This document shows, one piece after another, positions 47,404-61,499 of a stretch of DNA of 64,000 nucleotides. The stretch is from NCBI RefSeq assembly GCF_016432865.1, contig NC_067400.1, positions 612,126,001 through 612,190,000 on the forward strand, in the 5' to 3' direction. Each line of letters begins with the position of its first letter. Positions within the stretch are counted from its first letter, which is position 1. A model generated the notes under the pieces. The model was not told where the DNA came from and searched no databases. It saw nothing but the letters and a program-made list of their open reading frames with translations. A program made the position numbers and the translations under genes. This DNA comes from Antechinus flavipes. Taxonomy: Eukaryota.

Positions 47404-50400
47404 GAAACCACTAAATCTTGTATGTTCCTGCCTGTTATCCCATGATATTTGAATTATTATTTTTTGTCTGCTTAAAATATTTTCTCTTTAATCAGTGAGC
47501 TATCATATTAGGCTATCATATTCCTGGGAATTTTCATTTGGGGATCTCTTTCAGAAGGTGATCATTTTATTCTCTGGATCTAAGATAATGGGGTAATGTT
47601 TCTTAATAATGTCTTAAAATAGATATCCAGGCTCTTTCTTTGATTATCTCTTTCAGATAGTCCAATAATTCTTAAATTCTCTCTCCTTAATCTATTTTCC
47701 AAATCAGTTGTTTTTCTAATATTTCCCATTTTCTTCTGTTTTTCATCTTTTGTCTTTGTTTTATTGTTTCTTGATGTCCATAGTCATTAGCGTCTACTTG
47801 CCCAATTCTATTTTTTAAGGAATTATTTTCTTCAGTGGAATTTTATATCTTTTTCTTCATTTGGTCAATTCTCTGTTTTTAAAAAATTAATATTTTGTCC
47901 TTTACACAATTACATGTAAAAACAATTTTGAACATTCTTTTTTCAAATTTTGAATTCCAAAATTGTTCTCCCTTTTCTCTCCTCCTCCACATTGAAGTCA
48001 ATAATTTGACATAGGTTACACGTGTTATCATGCAAAACACATTTCCATGTAAGTCATGCTGTGAAAGAAAACACAGACAAAAATCCCAAGAAAAATAAAG
48101 AAAGTAAAGAAAAATTTCTTTAATCTGTCTTTAGTCTCCACTAGTTCTTTCTCTGAAGACAGACAGCACCTTACATCAGAAGTCCTTCAGAATTGTCTTG
48201 GATCATTGTATTGTTGAGAATAGCTAAGTTATTCATAGTAGATCATCATACACTATTGCTGTTACTGTATAAAATGTTCTCCTGGCTCTGCTCATTTCAC
48301 TTTGTATCAGTTCATGTAAATCTTTTCAGGTTTTTCTGAGAGCATCCTTCTTCTCATTCCTTATAGCACAATAGTATGCCATTACCATTATGTACAACAC
48401 AACTTGTTCAAACATTTTGTCCTCTTTTTGTTATTTGGCCTATTCTATTTTTTAAGGTGTTATTTTCTTGAGTATTTTTGGTGTTTGCTTTACTATTGAC
48501 TCTTTTTCATGATTTTTTTTTTTGCATCACTATCATTTCTCTTCCCATTTTTTCCTCTAATTCTCTTGACTTTTTAAATCCTTTTTGAGCTCTTTTATGA
48601 CTTGAGATAAATTCTGAGTTGCAAATCAAGCTGTGCCATGTAAGTATCTCCTGTAATCTCTTTCTGATCAGTTTTCTGACTTTTTTTTTTTTAAACCATC
48701 TCTGGGCTAAGAGCTCCTGATCCTACTGCTTTAGTTGAAGTTGCTATTGCTGCCATTGAATGCATGGAAGTAAAGTAAGTCATGCTGTGAAAGAAAACAC
48801 AGACAAAAATCCCAAGAAAAATAAAGAAAGTAAATAAAGAGATCTAGACAGATCTCTACCCCCAGTGTTACAAATTTCTCATACTGACCTCCTAAGTTTT
48901 CTTAGGTCAGAAAAATGTTTCACCCTGACTTTTTTTGGTTCTGCTACTTCAAAATTTGATTTGAGATGTGATTTTAAAATTATTTGGAGGAGAATGTTGA
49001 GAGAATTCAGCTAAGTGCTTTCCTCTATTCTGCCATCTTGGCTTCCCTCAAGGGAAAAAATCAGGAGATCACTTTCTAGTGAGGAAGATAATACATCTCT
49101 TCCTCAAATATCCTTTCTATCATCCTTTATTGCACTTTTACTTTGATGTCTACAAATTCTTCTCTTCCTCCCTATAATCTTTGTCTAGTCTTCCCCATTG
49201 TCTCTTTGCTATCTATTTGTAAATCTCTTCCTGTCTCTACAATATAATTTTCCTTTCCTAATGCTTCTTCTTCTAAGATTTTCCATTTCCCCTTAGAAAC
49301 TGAATCCTATTCTTTTTCTTCAATGCCTTTTAGACCCTCCCACCTTTTTTCTCCCTCCCTCCCTTCATAACCTTCTCTTTAACCACACTATAAATCCCTC
49401 TGTTTAAAGCTCATTTATGTCTCCTGCTCTGTCCCTCCAATCATCCTGTTCTCTTTTAAGGGTGTTTTACTAGTGATAGTACAGATGGTTTTTTTCTGAA
49501 CGGATGCATCTTGAGACGGGCATTGACAAAAGGAAACCTAGTTGAGGGGGATAATCTATGCTATCTGATTCCCAGAGGCATGGCCTGGAACGGTAACTCA
49601 AAACACAATTTAAGCCTGGGCCACAAGGAGGAGCTCGTAAGTTGGGCTACCCGGTCCAAGTCTCTCACACTTGGGCTTCCTGCCAGTATCTTTGGCCATG
49701 AACAATCTTCCAGGGCCCGCTGAGGTTCTCCTCAGCACTATCTAAAATATATAAAGACCATTAGGGTGCAGTATTTCAGAATTGACTTCTGCTCCATTTC
49801 CGATCAACAGCTTTCACATGACTGAAAGGAAAGCACATTGACCTTAAAAATGAGAGTGCATGAGATCAAAATTAAAAAGACATCATTTTCCCAGCCAAGC
49901 TCTGATATGGATCTCAAAAGAAAATCTCTACTTCTTGAGTTCAGCCAATTGTTCCCAGATAAAACCAAGTGACCACTTTGGAGAAATCCCTTTCCTCTCC
50001 TTTAAATGGTTGGTGGGATGGGGAGAAATTATTTCACCAATTAGTAAATACAGCTACCAGGATCTCATGAAGCAGGTCATTAGGGGATTCAGGGGGAGAA
50101 TGCTAAAATCTTCCCCCCCCCCAATTCTCTCTGCTTAGTACTCTGTCACTACCTTTAAATGAGATAATATTTGTAAAGCCTGGTATACAGTCGGCATGTA
50201 ATAAGTGCTTATTTAGTTTCCCTTCTGGAGAGTTTCCAACATGCCTCTGGTGTCTTTGACATCTAGGTTGTTACAAACTCTTTGATAGTTGAGGGGCTGG
50301 TTTTCCTTACTCTGTCTTCCCTGGGCCTTAGTTTCCTCATTTGTAAAATGAGCCAATTGGACAAGGTGGTCTTTAGGATAGCTTTCAACTCTAGATCTTG

Positions 50401-52119
50401 GTCCTAAGTCACTGAGCCTCCCTGGGTCTCGGTTTTTTCATCTATAGAATGAAGGGATTGGATCAGGTACCTTTTGAGGAATCTTCTTGTCTCCTCCAAT
50501 AAATATAAGTTTCGTAGGGACAGGACTTGTTTCATTTTGTATTTGTATATTGTGTTTGTAACTCCAATCAGTCAATAAACATTAATTAAGCCTACTATGT
50601 GCCAGGCTTGGTTTTAAGCTTTGGAGATAAAAAGAAAAATGGCAAAAATATGGTCTGTCCGCGAGGAGTTTACCTTACCTGGAATGCTCTCATTCCTGTG
50701 TCCTTGCTACTGACCTCCCTGGCTCCCTTTAAACCACCCACATCTTAGCTCTTCAGAGCACAGGAAACAGCCTCAGCCATCAGCCAACCTACAGCCTCAT
50801 TCTGTGGCACGCCAGAGTTCAGAGTAATCAGGGAGCCCAAGATGTCTGCCCAGGGCTATTGGTGCTGGGACTACTCCCACAAGTCAGCGTGGCAAGTCTG
50901 AAGGCCCTATGTGATGGGATCAAGTCCCAGCTTTATTAGTAGCTTCGTGTTCAAGTCATTTTCAGTTAATTTAATGGAAAAACAATTTCTCAAGCTACCA
51001 CTCTATGCAAGACGCCATATTAGCTAAAAGGATATAAAAATACACAATCTCCATTATGTTCTATTGAAGGAAAGCGTCATTTAAAAATATGTGACACTTT
51101 TTATCACATAACACTTTGGACATGATGTGACACTTAGAGAATTGCAATGAAGTTTAAGCACTCCAAATATTCTCTTAGTCTATCTCCCTTTGGTTGTTTT
51201 TCTGTCCTGTTCCACTCCTTGTGACACCCATCTCGGGGTTTCTTGGAGTGGTTTGCCATTTCCTCTTCCAGCTCATTTTACAGATGAGGAAACTGAGGCA
51301 AGCAAGATGAGGTGACTTGCCTAGGTTCACACAGCTAGGAGATATCTGAGGTCAAATTTGAACTCAGGACTATGACTCTTCCTGGCTCCAGTCCCAGAAC
51401 TCTCTGCTCTATGGCACCCCCTAGCTGTTCAACCTATCTTCCTTAGATCTATAGAAAGGAGTCAGTAGTAATCCCTGTATTAATTAGTCATCTAGGAAGC
51501 AAAATTCCTGAGTTGTCCATTAAATAATGCTTTTCTTGAACCACTAGCTCAATAGCCTTCTCGGCTTCTGTCTGATATTTGTGTGCAGCTTTCCAAAAGG
51601 GTTGTATCCTGCATAAATCCCCCTTCCCCTTCTTGAGGCAACTCAAAATTCAAATGCCTAAGTTGACATCTCCAAACTGTGGCCAGTGGAGCCTCAAACC
51701 TGTTTCAGTTGGATTCAGAATTAAACTTGGGAATCAATGAAAGGTCGCTCAAAATATTTTAAATTGGAAATCTCTGCTTTTAGACTCCAGTCCACAACTA
51801 GAATTTTTTCTTTCTGTGATTCAATTTCTCTCCCTTGTCCTATTCCTAGTACATAGTGTGACCAGGTAATTTAGGGGGAATGGTGTAAAAGAAAGGAAAA
51901 ATGTTAAGGATTCCTACATGGAAATTTGTATTTTTAATTATTTCCCTAAACACTTCCCAATCACCTTCCCAGTACGCCTCCCAATTATCTTCCTAGTTCT
52001 TCAAATGGGAGCAAGAGACTTTTGAATCCCTTTTATTCACAGATCATGGAAAGGTAACAAGAGGGGGGAGTCTGAAACTCCAATTATGGGATATGGAGTA
52101 TAAACAAGAAAAGGCAGAG

Positions 52120-52156
52120 GGGATAAGGATGGGGATAAGGATGGGGATAAGGACGG
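52120..52156. repeat. 12-bp tandem repeat x3 (GGGATAAGGATG)
   Basis: Direct reading. Confidence 0.8.
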
Positions 52157-52424
52157 GAAGGGGATTATGCCCTCCTCCCTCTAGCTCACCCATCATGTAG
52201 GACCTATTAAAGCTTACAGTTTAGGACATCTGGATTCTTCTAATTCCTATCTTTTCTCCAGAGTTTCAACCCCTTGCTAGTTGTGTAACTCTGAGCAAGC
52301 CACTTAACCTCTATCTACCTCAGTTTCCTCATCTGTAAAACGGGGAAGATTATAGCACCAATCCTCATAGGATTATTGTGAGAATCTACTCTGCTAACAT
52401 TACGGCGTTTTGTATGCATGTTAC

Positions 52425-55314
52425 CAGGCTGTTACGGCAATCAGGAAGTTTCTCTCAAGGACAGCAGAAGAAAAAGGGAAGTTTTGACCTGTTTGCTTGG
52501 TCAGATGTCTCATCACTTCCCAGATCTCCAGCCGCTTCATGTCCATTCACCTGGTGATAGGGGAGGGGGAGAAGGGTACGATTCCCCAGATCTCTTTCCA
52601 AATCATTTCCCCAATAGACTCCAGGGTAAATAATAATTTGGCAGAGATAAGATAATGTGGCATGGGCTCACCACACAAATAAAGAAACAATACAATGTGA
52701 GGAGATAGAGGCTTAGGAAAACCTTGAAAAAAAAACTAAAGATTCAAAGAGGTAGAGGTGAGGAAGGAGTGAACTCCCCTTCGTGGGCATGTTGGTCTCT
52801 CCCTGGCTAAATGGACAGCTTCTGAAAAACATGGAGGTGGGAAATGGAACGCCCAATTGGGGGAGCATCAAGCAGAACAGTTTACCTGGAGCACAGGTGC
52901 TTGATGGGTAGTAAGTCTGAAAAGGAGAGCTTAAATACCAAGATGAAGTGCTTGTATTTTAACCTAGAGGCAAGTGGAAACCATTGAGAGTTCTTGAGCA
53001 AAAAAGTGACATGGTCACTTCCTCTCTCATTAGTTCCCTTATTTGTAAAATTAAAAATAACCCAACAACATCCTTTTACATTTCTTTGGGTAGTTCTATG
53101 GTGACATGATGGGAAAACATTTCCCCATTTTTCTAGTCATTGGTTTCCTTCCCAATTCCCCAGCAAATTCCTCTCTTACATACAGGATGGAGGGAACGAG
53201 GTAGCCTGATGGTGAATGAGAAGTGGGATTCAGGGAAAACACCTGACATAGTGAGGGGTGCGGAGTTATGTCAAATGTAGGTCAGTTGAAATAATGGGTC
53301 ATTAACTGAGGAAAGAGACAATTTGTGGGGGAGGAAGGAAATATGGCTTTAAAAAAAATATTGAAGAGCTATCTTTAGAACAGCTAGGTGGTGCAGTGGG
53401 TAGAGCATCGGGCTTGGGATCAAGCTCCTCCTGTGTTCAAATCCAACCTCAGACACTTAATAGTAGCCCTGGGGAAGTCACTTATGCTGTCTGCCTCAGT
53501 TTCCTCATCTGTAAAATGAGCTGGAGAAGGAAATGGCAAACCACTCCAGTATCTTTACTAAGGAGAAGACAAAGAGGAGACACAAGGAAAACTATAAGTG
53601 GGGTGAGCTTATATGAAGACAGGGAGAAGGTTTTAGAGAGAATGGAAGGAGATTCTGGAGGAACAAGGTTACAGGGAGAGGCATGTGGTTTTGGTGAAAA
53701 AGAAGTAAATTTAAGAAAGCAAGGAGAGAGACAGAGAGAAGAAGGCAGAGACAGAGGAAGTCATAGGGAGGCAGGTACAAAGTCCTAGGGATGAAATAAG
53801 GGTTGCATTGGAGGATACCTCAGGGAGTCTGTGTAGCATTGACTTACAGGGATCATCCAAGACAGCTTGGGCCCAGAACTCCCCTGAAAGCTTCTGGGGA
53901 CTCCTGGGTGACTCAGGCTGAAAGGGACTCAGCTCTTTGGTATGATGCAGCAAGCCCCATGAGACACCTTGTCCTCCGCCCATTGTGACAGCTTCAGGGC
54001 ATCGGGTGCTCCGTCACTTAAAGAGGAAAGATAGCTGCCCAGATATTTCTTTTTGACTCACGAGTGTGGCAACTAGTGTCCTCAGTCACTAGTCACCTTG
54101 TAGGGAGTGGAGGGATGGACAACCGCTCTCTCCCCTTCGTGGGCATGTTAGGCCCTCCCTGGTTGCTGAGCAGTCCCCAAAGTGCTAGTATAGCCCCTGA
54201 AGCATCCTTCCTCTGTCTCCGGTCAGCTCCACAGAATGGACCTAGGACTTCCAGACCTTCCCAGAGGTCCTAGAGGACCTTGTAAGGTCACCAACTAGTG
54301 ACCTCAAGATGGATGAAAAGGCATAAAAAGTATCTGGAGCCCAAGGGCAAGGCTCTGAACTTGATTTTCCTTTTCATGAGGGAGTGGGACTATCAGGGTT
54401 GAGGGGGGAGAAAAATGCCCTTTATCTCCTCACCCCACACAGGAAGCCTAGAAACAGAGAGAGAGTTCCCAGTCATATGAGAGAAAACAAATAAAAATCT
54501 ATTTCTTCCTTTCAGTAGATGTTGCATCCCCTCCAGCTGTTGGGAGGGAGAGAAAGGGGGACAAGACACAGATTGAAGGACCATTCAAGGTCTTTGCATC
54601 ACACTGGAGCCCTGAGCGCTGAAAGCACTGACTTTCCCATCTTGGGAAGTTTCCAAGGGAGCTCTAGGCCAGAGCATCCTGGGATTGCCTCTTGGGATCA
54701 ATCCACACATGTTTCCCGAAGGGATTCTCTGATTCAACCTTCTTCCCTTCCTACTTATTAATAGTTAACCGCAATAATATCTGACATCTGTATAGCTCCT
54801 ATTACGTGGCAGGCAGTGCCAAACACTTTACTGGATCCCCACAACAAGGTAGGTGCGATGGCTGCTGTTATTAGTCTCATTTTATGGCCTGTCCTCAGCA
54901 AACAGAGTGAGGGGGTCATTAGCACATTTGTTGCCATCTCTGATTCGGGAGTATTTTCTGGGGTTCAGACTTGTCTTCTCAGACACCTCCCCCTCTGTCT
55001 CCCACTAAAGATTCTCCAACAGTCCATGTGGCCCAGATCTTGATGGTTTCTTAAATGCTGCTTGAGTCCCAACAATCCCTTCGACCCCGTTCCCACACAC
55101 TCTCAAACAGTACAGTCCTTATGGAAGACCTCGTTTTTAGCTGGACCACGTGGAGACCACATCTCCCCCCCACCTCCCACTATTCAAGGGATACCCAAAC
55201 CCACCAAGTGACATTTTACAAAGCTTACCTGAGCTTGCTGCCCAGGAGGGGCTACGCAGCCGAGTGAGTTTCCATGCAAGGGCAACAAACTGTAGGCAAT
55301 GGACTCGGGAGGAC
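52425..55314 (-). other. Chain of five exon-like segments with no convincing ORF (possible lncRNA or decayed gene)
   Basis: 55229-55314, 53848-54016, 52886-52916, 52672-52722 and 52425-52550, each with an AG acceptor after pyrimidines and a GTRA donor. Confidence 0.3.
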
Positions 55315-58300
55315 CTGCGGAAAAAGTCCCGTCTCCAATGAGCTTCCGGGTAAATGTCTTCACCATCTGTTGGCCCCAGACAAGTGTCAAACCCAAATGG
55401 AGCTAGATTCCCTGCTGTTCAAACAGGAACTTAGAAAACCACACGTTAACATCATCTGCGTTCTATTGTATCTTCACTTATTTTGTTAAACAATTCCATC
55501 TAAGCTTCTTTGAGCAGCACTGAGCAGGCCCACAGCTGGAGTATGATGTCTAGCCTAAGTAAGATTCTCAGCTGCAAAACAAGCGCTGACTTGGATGTGT
55601 AGGGAACGTTTCCTCACTGGGATTTCCCCGGACTAATAAAATCCCTCAAAAAGCATCATAATGTTATTCCAGTCCATCTAGGTCCTCCTCGGGATTGTTT
55701 GTCCAATTATCCTCATATTCTTTTCTTTTTGCTAGATGGCAAAGCAAAGAGAGGGCTGGGCCTGGATCAAGTAAAACCTAAGTTCAAATTCAGATTCAGA
55801 CACTTATTAGCTGTGTAATCTAGGGCAAGTCACCCCTACCTGCCTCAATTTTCTCAACTGTAAAATGGGGATAATAATAGCACCTACCTCCCAAGGTTGT
55901 TGTGAGGAGCACATGAGTGAAGTTCTTAGAATAGTGTCTGGCACATAGTGAGTATACATTAAATGAGTGTTTATTTCCTCTTCTCCCCCTCCCTTTTTAC
56001 TTTGCATTATTTCATAAAGGGCTTTCCAGATTGACTGGCACTCATCATTATTCTTGGACTTAATTAAACTGTGTCCCACAACTTATTTAATTATCTCCCT
56101 GTTGTTAGACGGTTAGGTTGTTTCCAGTTTTTGCAATTACAGAAAATTGTTATTATGAAAATCTTGTAAGGTTATGCGATGATCAACTGTAATCGACTTG
56201 GTTCTTCTCAGCAATACAGCGATCCAAGACAATTCCAATAGACAGGATGGAGAATGATAGCCACATCCAGAGGTGGAAGTATGGAGAATGAATGTGGATG
56301 CAAGCATATTATTTTAACCTTTTGTGTTTGTTTGCTTTTTCTTTTTCATGGTTTTTCCCCATTTGGTCTGATTTTTCTCATACGATATGACAAATAAGGA
56401 AACATATTTAAAAGCATTGTACATGTTTAACCTAAAATAAAAGATGAAAAAAAAAACAAATAAATCTTAGAAGTTTGCAATTCCAGCATCATATCAATCA
56501 GTATTTAATAAGCACCTACTTCAAGTGTATCTAGGCCTGTTTTGTCACAGCCCTGCCAGTATTGGATGAAATAAATTTCAGTAGCTCTTTTTTCCAAAGG
56601 ATAGGGAATCTGCTGCTGGGAATTACTCCTTTGGGCCCATCTCCTTGGTCTCTGAAGTTCCCATGTTTATTATAGGGCAATCACTGCCCTCTCCTATGGT
56701 ACCTTTTGGTACTATTCTAACTTTATTTTGGGAAAAGAAGATTTCATTTTAGGATTCTGAGATTTCAAAATGAGAGGAATTAAGAGCTTACTGGTCCATG
56801 GAGTTGTGAACTGATTCAACCGTTCTGGAAAGCAACTTGGAACAAGTTTATATATATAGTTTATATATAGCCAAAGGGCTATAAAACTGGTGCCGTTGAT
56901 TCCTCAGTGCCACACTGAATCTATATCCCAAAGAGCTCATAAAAGGGAAAAGGACCCACATGTGCAAAAATGTTTATAGCAGCTCTTTTTGTGGTGGCAG
57001 GAAATTGGAAAGTGAAGGGGGTACCCATCAGTTGGGAAATGCTTAGAATCTCAACTTCACTCCATGTGTTGATTGGCTGAAGGGGCCAGGGAAGTTTATC
57101 CTGCAGAGGAAAAGACTTAACAGGGAGGTGAGAGCCATCTTCAAGTTTCTAAAGGGCTGTGATTTGGAAAATGGATTAGCCTAGTTCTGCTTGGTCTCAG
57201 AAGATTGATCTGGGAGCAAGGGACAGAAATTGTGAAGAAGAAAGAGGTTAGAAAAAGCTTCCTTTTTTTTTTTTTTTTAAATTATTATTAGAGCTGCCTG
57301 AGAGAGAATGGATTATCTCAGGAAGTAATCAGGATCATTCCTGAAGCTAGGCTTTTCTGAATCTCGTCCAAGATCAAATTAGCTTTCTTGGTTAATCAAG
57401 TCAAGTGAGCTAACATGAAAGCACTCTATCACTACTAGCTATATCTCTTCATCATCATCATCATTTTCCATCATTTGTTGATTCAAGTTGAGCAAACAGA
57501 AACTTCCCCCCTCCTCCCTAGAGTTTTCTTATTTTATTTTATTTATTTCACCAACCATTCCCTCCACCATCTTGTCCTTGTGCAATTGATTTTTTAATCC
57601 AAATGTAAAACTTTACATTTATTCCCATTGTTTCATTTTATTAGATATGGCCCAATCATTGTTGCAGCCAGTCAAGTCTTCATATTTGCCTCTCAGCCAG
57701 GGTGTTAGCTACCCTTCCCATAGAGACCTTTAAAACCCATTTCCCACAAATTTTTGTATCACAAAACCATGCTCAATTTTTCTCCATTCTGTATCAGCCT
57801 CATATTAGTTCCTTAATATTTCTATGTTCTTTCCTTATGACTATTTCCTCTGATATGATGTATGGATAAATAAATACACCAGCCAGTGGACTTGAGTCTC
57901 TCCTCTTTCTTCCCAGCCCCAATCTTGATCCTGAAGTTTTTCCTCAGGGATCTGGAAATCCAGAGCATCCACCTTCCTCTCTGAAACCCAGAATCCTGTC
58001 TCTCCAGCTCTTGATTAGAATACTCCCTTCTCTTTTACTTCCTCTCTTCCTTCCTGGATGCCCTCAATTCCATGCCAGTGACTCCTCCTTCTTGCAGAAA
58101 TCCCCTAGGCTTTCGACCCAATAAATTTGGGGTGTGTGCATGTGAGTGGGTGGTTTCCAATTTTGGAGCCGATTTGTGGGTGTGCTCATGTGCGTATGTG
58201 TTTGTATATGTGTGTGGGGAGAGAATTCCTTCCTTGACAATTGGTGATGATTGTGTATGAAGGGCGGTTACTGGGGAAATAAAGGACAAAATCTCAGTAT

Positions 58301-59074
58301 GGGAAAATGGAGCATCTATTTCTCCCCAGGCTTGTGGTCTTATCTACTTCCCTGCATTACCCTATAGAATAGTCCCAGGAAGTCTAAATTTGGAATCAGA
58401 TTTTCTCAGTTTTATCCCTAATACAGCCAACCTTTGTGACTTTGCCCTTTCTCCGTAGTGGGTATCAGTTTTTTCATTTGTAAAATGTGAAAGTTGGATT
58501 CAGTGAAGTTTTTAGAGGAGGGAAACAAAGAGAAAAGTGGGGGACAGGGAGAATTTTCTATAGAAATCAGAAAATTAAAGGAGAAATAAAACAGATGAGG
58601 CAGGGAGTAGTTATGGGAAAAATTAGTTTTGTATCCTGTTCTAGCCCTATCATTGGCTATGTGGTCTTGAGAAGCTCAGAAGTAGAAGGGACTTTGGAGA
58701 TTAACCCCTTCCTTTACCTCTACATTTTGATTTTTTTTTTAATACCTTCATTGCCAAACACATCTCTCCTCCTCCCCACATTTCTTCCCTTATCTCATCC
58801 AGTAAGCTTCTGCCTATTGCAAAGAAAAAAAGGGGAAAGGAAAGCAGTTCATCTCAATAGAATAGATTAAAACCTCAAAAGAATCTGCCAATTTAAATGA
58901 GGGTCAACACTTATAATCCTCCACCTCTTTAATGATGGGAGGAGGATATATATATGTATATAAACCTTGTTTCATCTCATCCTTGAATAAGTAGATCTTT
59001 TCTCTTTTTATTTAACCCTTTGTAATCCAACTTCATCACCCAATTGAAACCTCTCTCCAAAGTCACCCGTAATT

Positions 59075-59234
59075 TTTTTCTCCTTTTTTGAGGCAATTGA
59101 CTCCCTTTGTTGAGGTTAAATGACTTGCCCAGGGTCCCACAGCTAGGAAGTGTTAAGTGTCTGAGGTCGGATTTGAACTCAAGTCCTCCTGACTTCAGGG
59201 CTGGCGCTCTATCCACTGCGCCACCGATCTGCCC
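59075..59234 (-). mobile_element. WSINE1-like tRNA-derived SINE
   Basis: Antisense of GGGGCAG..GGTGGCGCAGTGGATAGAGCGCCAGCCCTGAAGTCAGGAGGACTTGAGTTCAAATC; poly-T tail on +. Confidence 0.88.
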
Positions 59235-59249
59235 CTCCCCCATAATTTT

Positions 59250-60260
59250 GAATGGACAAATCTGATGGTCTTTCCTCCTCTGTTTTCATCCTTTTCAACC
59301 CATATATTTCATTTGACATAGTAGATCACCTTCCCTTCCCAGATACTGATTTTTTTTTTTTTCATACCACTCTCTCTTGCTCCCTCTCTGACCATTTTCT
59401 CTGCTATCTCATCATCCATATCAAAACGCCATTCCTCAAGCTTCCGTGTGGGGTTCTCTCCTCTTCATCATCCATATTCTCTCTCAGAAACTCATTATCC
59501 CCTATAGACATAATTATCATTTTTATGCTGATGACTCACAGATCTCTATATAACACCTCAGAACTCTACTTCTCAAATTCAACTTATTCAAATTCAATTC
59601 ATGATTTTTCCTATCAAACTCATTTCTTTCAAAATCTCCTACTTTTTGTTGAGGGTACCGCCACCCTCTTCGTCACCCAAACTCACAACCGAGGAATCAT
59701 GCCGGTTTTCTCACTCTTTCTCACCCTGCTCGTCCAATCCATTGATGAATTTGTCATCTCTACTCCCGCAACATGGCTCCTGACACCTCTCCACTTACAC
59801 AGCTTCTACTTTGGTTCAGATCCTCCTCATCCCTTTATATTACAGAATCAATCTTCTAGATGATCTTTCTAGCACAGATCCCTCCCCATTCAAATCCATC
59901 CTCCACACTGCTGCCAAAATGATTTTCCTTAAGGGCCGATCTGTACTTGTCAGTACTTATTACTTCCTAGACCTATTACAGGGCGCCTATTACTTCTAAG
60001 GTACACAAATGAACTTCTCTGTTAAAACCCTTCACAATCTGACCCCAATTTCCAGTGTTTTTGGACATCACTCCCCTTTCAGAGCTTTGCAATTCAGTCC
60101 GCCTGGTCTTTTTTATGTTCCTTAAACAATGCCCTCCATCCTTGGACTTTATACTGGACTTTCCGGGCATTTTCTCTTGATCTCTGTCTCTCTTCCCCTT
60201 AAGATGCAGCTCAGGCTTTATTCTCTGCATGAAGCTTTCCTGGTCCCACCATCTGCTCGT
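59250..60260 (+). mobile_element. L2 LINE 3' fragment
   Basis: Decayed RT motif (FILFNPYISFDIVDH resembles L2 LLDLSAAFDTVDH) and L2 3' region. Confidence 0.7.
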
Positions 60261-61499
60261 GCCCTCCCTCCCGGATTACTTTGTATTTATTTTTAAAAAT
60301 TATTTTTTTTATACACTTGCACCTGACTCTTTGTGATCCCATTTGGGATTTTCTTGGCAAAGAAACCGGAACGGTTTGCCATTTCCTTCTCCAGCTCATT
60401 TTACAGATGAGGAAACTGAGGCAAACACAGTTAGTAAATATCTGAAGCCAGATTTGAACTCAAGGTGAAATTTTCCTGACTCCAGCCAAAACTCTACCCA
60501 CTGTACCACCTAGCTGACTGTTAAATTATTTTATATTTAACTTATTCTTATGTTTATAATTTATATACTTGTCCATGTCCATTTATATACTTTCCCATGA
60601 ACAATAGAAGATACGTGAGAGTAAGTATTGTTCATTTTTTGTCTTCAGAACCTGGCACAACATCTGGCACTTCATAAATGCTTGCTAATAGATTTCTTCT
60701 CAGGAAACAAAACTAGGTTATTATAATTACACAGTGGGGCAGCTAGGTGGCAATGGGTAGAGCACAAGCCCTAGAATCAGGAGGACCTAAATTTTACAAG
60801 ACTTTACTAGCTGTATGACCCTGTATAAGTCACTTAACCCTAATTATCTGACATCCCCCCCCAAAAAAAAAATTACACAGCATTTAGTTTACTAACTACC
60901 TCGTTGAACAGAAGAAGAAAGCAAGATTGACTAGTTGAAGTTCCTGCCCACAGTCACATTGAGTCATTGAAAGAAGAGATTTTTAAAGGTAAAATCTCAT
61001 AGGAATTAAAGGTGGAAAAGGTCTCACCCCACCCCATTGTACAGAAAAGGAAACTGAGGCCCCGGGAGAGAAAATGATCCCCCCCCCAGTTTACAGAAGA
61101 GACAAGTGGAAAAGTGAGGAAGTCCTTCTGTAATGAGGTACAGCTGCGTATGGTTGGGCCCTAATTGTTGTTCACAGCCAGCTCTCCGAAAATGCCCATT
61201 TCCCCGACATCCTTCCCCACCTCTACCCCCAGACAACCCCTTCTGACTTCCAGGGTGGGGGGAGGGAGAGAAGCTAGGGAAGGGGCTCAGTTGGGTGCCT
61301 GCTCTTCACCTTCTCTCCCCCCTTCATTTCTTCTCCTTTCACTTAACCAGGATCATACTTTTCACTTAACCAGAAATCATGGGGATCATAGAATTTAGAG
61401 CTGGGAAATGAGTCCCAGAGAGGTGCTTATTTTCCTAAGATCACCCAGTAATGGAGTACGACTCTGAATTAGTTTCCAGATTCCAAACCTGGTCCTCCG

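Larger units (their letters stand above)
44690..49040 (-). mobile_element. Composite degraded L1 with nested LTRs and L1 3' ends
   Basis: T-rich antisense L1 ORF1/ORF2 text; dasyurid-type L1 3'UTR at about 45440-45845; another 3'UTR at about 47880-48420. Confidence 0.75.

Noticed and set aside
52590-52650. Dispanin-like PNYYLPWSLLG motif on -
   Set aside because: It is followed by a stop, lacks the C..PLG motif and lies within a putative 120-nt intron; probably chance.
59252-59863. 203-aa ORF
   Set aside because: Degraded L2 sequence.
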